This document shows, piece by piece, positions 8,937 to 16,280 of a stretch of 28,502 nt of DNA. The notes below the pieces were generated by a model. The model saw only the letters and a list, made by a program, of their open reading frames with translations. It was not told where the DNA came from and made no database searches. A program made the position numbers and the translations under genes. The DNA is taken from the NCBI GenBank assembly GCA_002482925.1, contig DLGX01000066.1:1-28502 (forward strand), given 5' to 3'. Origin of the DNA: Candidatus Saccharibacteria bacterium UBA7683 (lineage in GTDB: Bacteria; Patescibacteriota; Saccharimonadia; Saccharimonadales; UBA7683). The stretch's first letter is position 1. Each line of letters begins with the position of its first letter.

Positions 8937-9251
8937 TTAGCCCTTGGTTTGATCTTCAACAAATTTGCCTGCTGCAGCACCAATTATTGAACCCAAAGCA
9001 AGCCAGCCAGCAATTGATGCCGCTTGAAGTGGACCTTCGTTGTATCGTGGATCAGCATCGAACGGAGCCGCAAACGGAGCTGTAATAAAATCGAGACTGG
9101 TATCTCCCAGCGGTGGGCCAACTTCTGCTGTAACTGCAGCTTTAGCGCCACCATCTGCTGTGCCAGCTTCAAGATTAGGCAAACCGCCAAACATTGAAGC
9201 GCCAGCCATCATTAGACCTAGTCCAGCACCAGCACTTTTTAATTTAACCAT
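8937..9251 (-). CDS. Small Gly/Ala-rich hypothetical membrane protein
   Basis: 104 aa ORF with SD GAGGT 5 nt before the ATG, a hydrophobic N-terminus and a C-terminal GxxxGxxxG helix (GSIIGAAAG). No family recognised. Confidence 0.65.
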   Translation of the reverse strand: MVKLKSAGAGLGLMMAGASMFGGLPNLEAGTADGGAKAAVTAEVGPPLGDTSLDFITAPFAAPFDADPRYNEGPLQAASIAGWLALGSIIGAAAGKFVEDQTKG

Positions 9252-9327
9252 TACTTACCTCGTTATCTTTAAAATTATCGTTATTAATGCTATACCACTT
9301 GAGTATTAAATGGCAAGCATAAACAGT

Positions 9328-10530
9328 TTATTCTCCATGTTCTTCAATGGCGCCAAGTAGTCCCGCTTCAATATCGTCGCGTCGTTTTGGTTTAACCGGC
9401 TTTTTAGCAGGTGCTTCTTCTACAACGGGAGCTTTTTCAACAACTGGTTCAATAACTTCTGGTTTTGATTCAGGAGCTGGTGCAGGTGTACCAGATTCGA
9501 TATCTAGCTCGTATCCGCTTAGTTTGCTAGCAAGTCGTACGTTCTGTCCGCCTTTACCAATTGCAATTGAAAGCTGACTTTGATCTACAATAACTTTTGC
9601 GTGCTTCACATTTTTATTAAGTTCAACACGAATCACTTCGGTTGGGGAAAGTGCATTTTTAATATAAGTTTCAATGTCGTCCGAATAGGTAATGATATCA
9701 ATTTTTTCTTGATCGCCGATTTCGTTCATAACTGCCTGTACGCGTGTACCGTGACCACCAACAAACGTTCCTACTGGGTCAACACCGGGAACGGTTGAAG
9801 CAACTGCAAGCTTGGTTCGCATACCTGCTTGGCGGGCAATGCCTTTAATTTCTACGGCGCCGCTTTCCATTTCTGGAACTTCTTGACGGAAGAGGTATTC
9901 AATAAATTCTTCGTTAGCTCGTGAAAGTACAAGCTGAGGTCCGCGGTTACCGCGTTCAACATCTTTTAGAAATACTTTGATTCGTGAACCAACACCGTAA
10001 TATTCACCTTGAATCTGTTCGCTTGCAGGAAGAATTCCAGTAGCCTTACCAAGATCAACACGAACTAAGCGTGGTTCTACGCGTTGTACAGTACCAACAA
10101 TAACGGTACCGATTTTGTCTTCATATTCAGTCATAATTATTTCACGTTCAGATTCACGAAGGCGTTGTAAAATAACTTGCTTTGCGGTTTGTGCAGCAAC
10201 ACGGCCAAATGTAGTTGGATGTGCTTCTTCTGTTACAACGTCGCCAACAACTGCGCCTTTTTTAAACTTCTGCGCTTGTTCAACGGTAAGTTGCTGGGCA
10301 TCGTTTTCTACAGCGTCGTCTTCAACAACGTCGTAGCTTGTGATTGCTGTAACATCACCAGTGTTTGCATTAAGACGTACGCTTACGTTTTGTTCGCGTT
10401 CGCCAAAGTCTTTTCTAAATGCAGCGGCAAGTGCTTGTTCTACAGCATCATGCACGATATCTTCTGGAAGATTTTTTTCTTCAGCAAGTTGTTTGATTGC
10501 CATAACTAATTGTTTAATTTGTAATTCCAT
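9328..10530 (-). CDS. nusA: Transcription termination/antitermination factor NusA (400 aa, no AR1/AR2, Pro/Glu/Lys-rich tail)
   Basis: FGRVAAQTAKQVI, S1 domain, KH domains (DPVGTFVG, AIGKGGQNVRLASKL). Start moved from 10590 to ATG 10530 (MELQIK), which has SD AGAAAGGA. Confidence 0.97.
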   Translation of the reverse strand: MELQIKQLVMAIKQLAEEKNLPEDIVHDAVEQALAAAFRKDFGEREQNVSVRLNANTGDVTAITSYDVVEDDAVENDAQQLTVEQAQKFKKGAVVGDVVTEEAHPTTFGRVAAQTAKQVILQRLRESEREIIMTEYEDKIGTVIVGTVQRVEPRLVRVDLGKATGILPASEQIQGEYYGVGSRIKVFLKDVERGNRGPQLVLSRANEEFIEYLFRQEVPEMESGAVEIKGIARQAGMRTKLAVASTVPGVDPVGTFVGGHGTRVQAVMNEIGDQEKIDIITYSDDIETYIKNALSPTEVIRVELNKNVKHAKVIVDQSQLSIAIGKGGQNVRLASKLSGYELDIESGTPAPAPESKPEVIEPVVEKAPVVEEAPAKKPVKPKRRDDIEAGLLGAIEEHGE

Positions 10531-10574
10531 TTTATTTTCCTTTCTAAATTGTTCGAATAAGCTGGGATTTCTAT

Positions 10575-10600
10575 AAAAAATTCCGACCACATTGGCCGGA
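10575..10600 (-). terminator. Intrinsic terminator-like hairpin between the orphan gene and nusA
   Basis: Minus-strand RNA UCCGGCCA-AUG-UGGUCGGA (8-bp stem with one G-U), then A and UUUUUU. Confidence 0.7.
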
Positions 10601-10608
10601 CTAATTGT

Positions 10609-10617
10609 ATAGTATCA
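10609..10617 (-). promoter_or_regulatory. Candidate extended -10 for nusA (TGATACTAT)
   Basis: TG-A-TACTAT, 8 nt upstream of the hairpin. No other -10-like hexamer seen between the hairpin and the nusA SD. Confidence 0.45.
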
Positions 10618-10633
10618 CGTTGCGCTGTTTCAT

Positions 10634-11134
10634 TCAATCACTGCATCTAAATGCTCTCTCAAGTCCGTGCGAGGTAATTGCGTAGGCTGCTTCTTGGCTT
10701 AGTGGGTCCAGAAGCTCACCGCTTGAATCAATTCCAGCAACCCCGAATGATCGAGAGTCTTCGCCAATTACTGCAACAAACCCCACAGCAGGACTGATTC
10801 CTTCGCGTATAGTTTTCCCTTTAAACCCTACCTCATGGATTTGAAACCCGTGGAGGTGATCGGCTTGAAACTGTGCGCGTACACCAACTACACCGTCTTC
10901 ACGTATAAAGGTAAAGTCAGCAGTTTTGGTATAGGTATTAACAGCCGAGTTCCTTTTACCTGGTAGATTATTTACAACTACCATTTGATCACTAAAAGGT
11001 ACTCTGTGTGAAACCACTCTGGTTGGATCATGCTCAAACACACCAGTAAGACAGTTGCGCACGCGCTTTAGCGAAGGACGGGCTAATTTTACTTGATAAA
11101 GTGGTGGCAAGTTGATGTTGCTACTCTGAGTCAT
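10634..11134 (-). CDS. Hypothetical protein (orphan, predicted beta-rich, cytoplasmic)
   Basis: 166 aa ORF filling the nusA-pepN gap, with its own promoter TTGACT-N18-TATAAT 6 nt before the ATG. No family recognised. Confidence 0.7.
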   Translation of the reverse strand: MTQSSNINLPPLYQVKLARPSLKRVRNCLTGVFEHDPTRVVSHRVPFSDQMVVVNNLPGKRNSAVNTYTKTADFTFIREDGVVGVRAQFQADHLHGFQIHEVGFKGKTIREGISPAVGFVAVIGEDSRSFGVAGIDSSGELLDPLSQEAAYAITSHGLERAFRCSD

Positions 11135-11140
11135 TACATT

Positions 11141-11170
11141 ATTATATCATATATCAATATACTAAGTCAA
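11141..11170 (-). promoter_or_regulatory. Promoter TTGACT-N18-(TGA)TATAAT, leaderless arrangement
   Basis: -35 at 11165..11170, extended -10 at 11141..11149, ATG 6 nt downstream. Confidence 0.7.
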
Positions 11171-11175
11171 TAGCT

Positions 11176-11181
11176 TATACT
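11176..11181 (+). promoter_or_regulatory. -10 box (TATACT) for pepN, leaderless arrangement
   Basis: TATACT, 7 nt, then ATG 11189. No SD. Confidence 0.55.
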
Positions 11182-11188
11182 GGTTTGT

Positions 11189-13720
11189 ATGATTACAAAA
11201 CTACACGACATATTCCAACCCACCTCATATAAACTACTGCTTGATATCGATAGCGAAGCTGCTACCTTCACGGGTAGCGTTCATATAACTGGCGAACTCC
11301 AGCAGAGCTCTGAAACTATTTCACTGCATTCAAAAGATCTTACAATTATACGAACCACCGTAAACAACACTGCCTCAATATTTACTGAAGAAGAATTCGA
11401 CACACTTACTCTAACTACGAACGAAAAACTAGAAGCTGGAAACGTAGAAGTTCTGGTAGAGTTTAAAGGAAAAATAACCGATGCTATGCACGGTGTATAT
11501 CCGTGTTACTTTGACCACGAAGGTAAAAAGAAGAAACTAATCGCAACACAATTCGAAAGTCACCACGCTCGGGAAGTATTTCCATGTATTGACGAACCAG
11601 CAGCTAAAGCTACGTTTGACCTAGAACTAGTAACACCGGCTGGTGAAACAGTGCTTGCCAACACGCCTGTTAAAACACAGACCGAAGAATCTGGCCGTTT
11701 AATTACAACCTTTGAAACTACGCCAAAAATGAGCACCTACTTACTAGCTTTTGTTTTTGGTGAAATGGTTGTAAAAGAATCTAAGACAAAAGATGGAGTT
11801 ATTGTTCGAAGCTGGGCAAGCGCAGCTCAAAACCCTAGTTGGTTAGATTATTCCGTAAAAGAAACCGTTGATTTAATTGAATTTTATAACGATTACTTCG
11901 GTATCCCATACCCACTTGAAAAATGTGATCAAGTGGCACTTCCTGATTTTGAATCTGGCGCCATGGAAAACTGGGGACTTATAACCTACCGAGAAACTGT
12001 GCTTCTTTCTGACCCTAAAAATGTCTCACTTAGCACCCAGCAGCTTGTTTCACTCGTTGTAGCACACGAACTTTCGCATCAATGGTTTGGCAACCTCGTT
12101 ACTATGCAGTGGTGGGACGATCTTTGGTTAAATGAAAGCTTCGCCAACATGACCGAGTATCTTTCTGTAGATAGACTTCACCCTGAATGGAACATTTGGG
12201 AAGAATTTGTAGCCCAAGATGCACTTTCTGCTACTAATAGAGACGTCTATTCGGATGTACAGTCAGTAAGAGTAGCCGTTAACGACCCGGCAGAAATTAG
12301 CACGTTATTTGACCCTTCAATTGTCTATGCTAAGGGCGGAAAGTTACTAAAAATGCTTCACGATCTTCTCGGTGATGACGTATGGCGTGCAGGTTTAAAA
12401 GATTACTTCACGGTTAACGCCTACAAAAACACCACTCGCGACGATTTGTGGACCGCGCTTAGCAAACACACCGAACTAGATATAGCAAAACTTATGAATC
12501 AATGGATCGAACACCCCGGCCAACCGCTGGTGTCAGTCGACCAAAACGAAAATACTCTAGGAATAAGTCAAGAACGGTTGCTGCTAGATGGTAAAACCGA
12601 TAAAACACTGTGGCAGATACCACTACTTGGCGCACAATTACCCGAGACCTTCAGTACTGCTACTGAAAAAATTGCTTTAGATTCAAACGAATGGACGAGA
12701 CTGAATAGCACAGGGGTTGGGCATTACATTGTAAACTACAAGAATAGCGACCATAAACTATGGTTAGCAAAGCAACTTTCAGAAAACACAATCGAACCTA
12801 CATGGAAGATCTCACGACTTAACGAGCTGATTATGCTCGCAAAACACGGTGATACAGATTTAAGTGAAGCACTTGAAACTATTCAATCAAGCCAAGACGA
12901 ACCACGTGCAATGGTATGGTCGCTGATTGCAGGAATCTTGGGCAACGCCCGCATGCTAACCGAAGGTAACGAAGAAGCAGAAGATGCACTTAAAAAACTT
13001 ACTGCCGATCTAGCAGGCAAAAACTTTCAGACTCTGGGTTGGGATTACCACCCAAATGAAGACAGTAACAGCACTCATCTTCGTACGATCACACTTGGCT
13101 TAATGAGCTCTAGTGAAACTAAAGAAGTTATTAACCACGCACTTAAAATGTATCGAGAAACTACAGAATCAGAACGGCTACCTGCTGAAAGTAGAACAAT
13201 GATTTTAAGCGTTGCCGCTAAATTTGGAACTGAACAAGAATTTGAAGAACTCCTAGCCAAGTACAAGTCTGCCAAAACTGCAGATTATAAAGTCGATCTG
13301 TGCTCAGCTCTAACATCTACAAAAGACCCTCAGCGCATTGCTGGTTTACTTAAAATGATGCTTGATACATCTACTGTACGAAGCCAAGATCTACGCCATT
13401 GGTTTGTGTATCTTCTTCGCAACTGTCACGGCAGAATGCTTACGTGGGAGTGGCTTGTACGGAACTGGCCATGGATTTTAGAACACTTTGGCGGAAGCAA
13501 AAGCTATGATGATTTTGCCAGGTACAGTGCGAGCTTCTTCAGTACCGACGAAATGTTAGAAAAGTACAAAGAGTTCTTTAATGACAAGCTAGACGATCCT
13601 GCATTAAAACGTGCAATTTTAATAGGCACCGAAGAAATTACCGCACGTGCAGCTTGGAGAAAACGTGATGAACAAAAAGTAGCAGACTGGCTTACGAAAT
13701 ATTCGGCAAAAAGTTCGTAA
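11189..13720 (+). CDS. pepN: M1 family aminopeptidase N
   Basis: ATQFESHHAREVFPCIDEP, GAMEN motif (GAMENWG), HELSH..x18..E (LWLNES), catalytic Tyr in IVYAKGG, ERAP1-like C-terminal domain. Confidence 0.95.
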   Translation: MITKLHDIFQPTSYKLLLDIDSEAATFTGSVHITGELQQSSETISLHSKDLTIIRTTVNNTASIFTEEEFDTLTLTTNEKLEAGNVEVLVEFKGKITDAMHGVYPCYFDHEGKKKKLIATQFESHHAREVFPCIDEPAAKATFDLELVTPAGETVLANTPVKTQTEESGRLITTFETTPKMSTYLLAFVFGEMVVKESKTKDGVIVRSWASAAQNPSWLDYSVKETVDLIEFYNDYFGIPYPLEKCDQVALPDFESGAMENWGLITYRETVLLSDPKNVSLSTQQLVSLVVAHELSHQWFGNLVTMQWWDDLWLNESFANMTEYLSVDRLHPEWNIWEEFVAQDALSATNRDVYSDVQSVRVAVNDPAEISTLFDPSIVYAKGGKLLKMLHDLLGDDVWRAGLKDYFTVNAYKNTTRDDLWTALSKHTELDIAKLMNQWIEHPGQPLVSVDQNENTLGISQERLLLDGKTDKTLWQIPLLGAQLPETFSTATEKIALDSNEWTRLNSTGVGHYIVNYKNSDHKLWLAKQLSENTIEPTWKISRLNELIMLAKHGDTDLSEALETIQSSQDEPRAMVWSLIAGILGNARMLTEGNEEAEDALKKLTADLAGKNFQTLGWDYHPNEDSNSTHLRTITLGLMSSSETKEVINHALKMYRETTESERLPAESRTMILSVAAKFGTEQEFEELLAKYKSAKTADYKVDLCSALTSTKDPQRIAGLLKMMLDTSTVRSQDLRHWFVYLLRNCHGRMLTWEWLVRNWPWILEHFGGSKSYDDFARYSASFFSTDEMLEKYKEFFNDKLDDPALKRAILIGTEEITARAAWRKRDEQKVADWLTKYSAKSS

Positions 13721-14033
13721 CCTCAAAATCTTTGCCTGAAACTTCAATAGCGCTGAGTTCGTAATCTCCTGAATAGTCATGAGCCTCAACCCAGCACTGT
13801 GCTGCAAAATTCATTTGCTGTAGCTTTTTTGGAGTTATATATTCGAGCCCGGAGCCCTGCTGGTCTGTACTTCGATATTTTACTTCTACAAAATATACCA
13901 CCAGGTTCTTCTGGGCGACAATATCAACTTCACAAACCCGGGTTCGCCAATTGCGTTCAATAATTTTATACTTTTGCTGTTTTAAATATTCTGCCGCTGA
14001 TTCTTCTGCCTGATTTCCAATTGAAACACTCAT
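13692..14033 (-). CDS. yraN: YraN family (UPF0102) PD-(D/E)xK nuclease-fold protein
   Basis: G...E..A..YL, IIERNWR, EVDIVA, FVEVKYR. ATGA-coupled to rnhB, the usual rnhB-yraN synteny. Confidence 0.9.
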   Translation of the reverse strand: MSVSIGNQAEESAAEYLKQQKYKIIERNWRTRVCEVDIVAQKNLVVYFVEVKYRSTDQQGSGLEYITPKKLQQMNFAAQCWVEAHDYSGDYELSAIEVSGKDFEVTNFLPNIS

Positions 14034-14593
14034 GCACTTAAGAACTTCTGTATGGGTTTATAATTTATGCGGTGAATCGGTAATACACCATGATCAGCAA
14101 GTGCCTGAATGTGTAGTTTAGTTCCATACCCAACATGCTTCTCAAAACCATATAGCGGGTATTTAAGTGCAATTTGAGTCATGTAGGCATCTCTGGCCAC
14201 TTTAGCAATTATAGAAGCTGCCGAGACAGCAGCAACCGTGCCATCAGCCTTAATAACCGCTTCTGTGCGGTGCATATGTTCGAGGTAGTTATAATTACCA
14301 TCAATAATAATCTGATGATTTAACAGCTCGATTTCATCAACGGCACGTTGCATAGCTAGCCGAACCGATTCAGTCAAACCTATAGTATTAATTTCACGCG
14401 GCCAGACCCAGCCAATTCCTATAGCCGTGGTAGCTTTTCTAATTTCACCGACTAGCTGTAAACGTTTTTTAGCAGAAAGTTTTTTTGAATCATTTAGTCC
14501 GTTAATAGCGTGCCCATCTATTAACCCAACAGCCGCGGCTACCAATGGCCCCGCCCAACATCCTCTTCCAACTTCGTCTATTCCAATAATCAT
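14030..14593 (-). CDS. rnhB: Ribonuclease HII
   Basis: IGIDEVGRGCWAGPLV, LNDSKKLS, IIIDG, IKADG..AVSAASIIAKVARD, HVGYGT. Confidence 0.97.
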   Translation of the reverse strand: MIIGIDEVGRGCWAGPLVAAAVGLIDGHAINGLNDSKKLSAKKRLQLVGEIRKATTAIGIGWVWPREINTIGLTESVRLAMQRAVDEIELLNHQIIIDGNYNYLEHMHRTEAVIKADGTVAAVSAASIIAKVARDAYMTQIALKYPLYGFEKHVGYGTKLHIQALADHGVLPIHRINYKPIQKFLSA

Positions 14594-14602
14594 CTGCGCT
14601 TT

Positions 14603-14608
14603 ATTATA
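14603..14608 (-). promoter_or_regulatory. -10 box (TATAAT) for rnhB
   Basis: Consensus TATAAT 9 nt before the ATG at 14593. No SD. Confidence 0.55.
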
Positions 14609-14663
14609 TACGTTTAGCTAAGCAAATAGTGCAGCAAAGCATAAAAGCTACGATGTAACTTTG

Positions 14664-14692
14664 TTGACATTTAGTCGTATTTTCTTTAATAT
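14664..14692 (+). promoter_or_regulatory. Promoter TTGACA-N17-TAATAT for the orphan membrane protein
   Basis: Consensus -35 at 14664..14669 and -10 at 14687..14692. This favours the second ATG (14702) as the start. Confidence 0.7.
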
Positions 14693-14701
14693 ATTATGAA
14701 T

Positions 14702-15358
14702 ATGACATCAAATGAATCAGGACCACGACCGACACCACGACGAACACCAGGTCGTGACGAAGCGAGAATAACGCCAAGACCCACTGCTGAAAGCATTGCA
14801 GCAGATGTTGCTGCTTCTGCGTCGATGCCTGTCCTAGAATCGGAAGAGACAGGACCTGGCACTAGCCGGTGGAGTGAATATACACAAGGTCATGTCCCTG
14901 GGTCGCATCCGCATAACAGAGCCAGATCTGCTGATGCAAGAATTAAAGCGTCCAATTCAGCGGATGTTGCAAGAAATGTCTTCGTTGGAGTACTTGCACT
15001 CGGTCTTGCTTTCGGAGCCGGATTTCTTACAAGGTTATCTACTGAAGGTGGTAGCAGTACGTCTAACGACCCGACAGCAGTGACTGAAGAACAAGAAATT
15101 GATGGCTGGAAAACTCTATGTAGTGGAACCAAAATTGTTGAAGTAGTTGACGGAAGCACATATTCAAGCCTAACTGCTCAGATTACAGCAATTACTCCAC
15201 AAGAAGGTCAGCCTGTGTTACCCGCGGCAGTTGCCGAAGAAATGAATGCAGACAGAAATGGCGACGAAGTTAACGAAATTTATGCTGGAGAAGCAAAAGA
15301 AATCTACACAAATTGCACCACAAACTTTGATCAACCACCGACTACAACAACCGGTTAA
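14702..15358 (+). CDS. Single-pass membrane protein with disordered N-terminus and possible degenerate LysM-like outer domain
   Basis: Pro/Arg/Ser-rich N-terminal ~90 aa, TM VFVGVLALGLAFGAGFL, then VEVVDGSTYSSLT...EEMN...NEIYAGE flanked by two Cys. Has its own promoter and terminator. An alternative start is 14696. Confidence 0.7.
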   Translation: MTSNESGPRPTPRRTPGRDEARITPRPTAESIAADVAASASMPVLESEETGPGTSRWSEYTQGHVPGSHPHNRARSADARIKASNSADVARNVFVGVLALGLAFGAGFLTRLSTEGGSSTSNDPTAVTEEQEIDGWKTLCSGTKIVEVVDGSTYSSLTAQITAITPQEGQPVLPAAVAEEMNADRNGDEVNEIYAGEAKEIYTNCTTNFDQPPTTTTG

Positions 15359-15381
15359 GTATTTAATTTTCTGTCCAACAA

Positions 15382-15419
15382 AATAAAAAAGCCATCATTC
15401 AAACGATGGCTTTTTTATT
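15382..15419. terminator. Bidirectional intrinsic terminator
   Basis: AATAAAAAAGCCATC-attcaaac-GATGGCTTTTTTATT, a 15-bp perfect inverted repeat with A/T tracts on both sides, between convergent genes. Confidence 0.9.
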
Positions 15420-15433
15420 AGAAGCGACTAAAT

Positions 15434-15955
15434 TTATTCGCTTTTAGCTCTATCACCAAGTTTTTCAGCAATCTCTGCTTCTTTCTTAGCTTCTTCTTCG
15501 GCTTTTTTAGCAGCCTCGGCTTCGTGTTCAGCCTTTTGTTCTTCGTGAATTCGTTCAAGCTCAGCTTCAGCTTCAGGGTCAGTGACATCATTTACTGCAG
15601 TCTTATCAAAATCAACCGCTGCAAGACGAGCACTTTTACCGCTTCGAGCGCGCATGTAGCTGAGGTACTTGCGTCGGACCTTACTTCGTTTAGTAATTTC
15701 AACTTTTTCAACGAGTGGGCTATGAAGTAGAAAGCTTTTTTCTACGCCAACACCGCTTGCGATTCGACGAACAGTAATAGTACTGGTCATACTGTCTTTA
15801 CGATCAGTTCGAATAACCAGACCTTCAAAAATCTGAATACGTTCTTTGCTGCCTTCTTTAATTCTTTGGTGTACTTTAACAGTATCACCGCTGCGGACAT
15901 CCACAACTTGTTTTTTCAAAAACTTAGATTCAACTTGCCTAATTAGTGCGTGCAT
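15434..15955 (-). CDS. rplS: 50S ribosomal protein L19 with a ~60 aa charged C-terminal extension
   Basis: GDTVKVHQRIKEGSKERIQIFEGLVI, TVRRIASGVGVEK, KVRRKYLSYMR, then an Ala/Glu/Lys helical tail. Confidence 0.97.
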   Translation of the reverse strand: MHALIRQVESKFLKKQVVDVRSGDTVKVHQRIKEGSKERIQIFEGLVIRTDRKDSMTSTITVRRIASGVGVEKSFLLHSPLVEKVEITKRSKVRRKYLSYMRARSGKSARLAAVDFDKTAVNDVTDPEAEAELERIHEEQKAEHEAEAAKKAEEEAKKEAEIAEKLGDRAKSE

Positions 15956-16002
15956 AACTAAACCACTCTACCTTATTATTACGTTTTTTGCAATTGATAG
16001 AA

Positions 16003-16031
16003 AGTATATCACATCTGTTGTACTACGCCAA
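16003..16031 (-). promoter_or_regulatory. rplS promoter TTGGCG-N17-(TGA)TATACT
   Basis: Extended -10 at 16003..16011 and -35-like TTGGCG at 16026..16031. Leader about 40 nt. Confidence 0.65.
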
Positions 16032-16034
16032 GGG

Positions 16035-16232
16035 TTAGTTTACAAATTCGTAGCCTTCACCATCTGGTCCGTAGGCATCAAGTAGCTGAGGTTCGGCATC
16101 TTCTATGGACGGAACTAAGGCAGACGCGTCAGTCTCTTTTAACTCTCCGACCTGTTCTGAACTGCCAAGATGACTTAAAGCATCGAACCCCTCATTACCA
16201 CCAGGGAATGCTTCTGATCCAAAAGTACTCAT
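16035..16232 (-). CDS. Small highly acidic hypothetical protein (65 aa)
   Basis: SD AGGAG 6 nt before the ATG, TATAAT at 16256..16261. 14 D/E versus 1 K and 0 R. Confidence 0.65.
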   Translation of the reverse strand: MSTFGSEAFPGGNEGFDALSHLGSSEQVGELKETDASALVPSIEDAEPQLLDAYGPDGEGYEFVN

Positions 16233-16255
16233 TTTAAACTCCTGTTTACATAGCT

Positions 16256-16273
16256 ATTATACACCCGTACTAT
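16256..16273. promoter_or_regulatory. Back-to-back -10 boxes (TATAAT on minus, TACTAT on plus)
   Basis: Minus TATAAT at 16256..16261. Plus TACTAT at 16268..16273, followed by 7 nt and the malic enzyme ATG. Confidence 0.5.
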
Positions 16274-16280
16274 ATAAGGT

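Noticed and set aside
10531-10590. 20-aa N-terminal extension of NusA in the ORF track
   Set aside because: It runs through the hairpin/U-tract. ATG 10530 has an SD and matches the normal NusA start.
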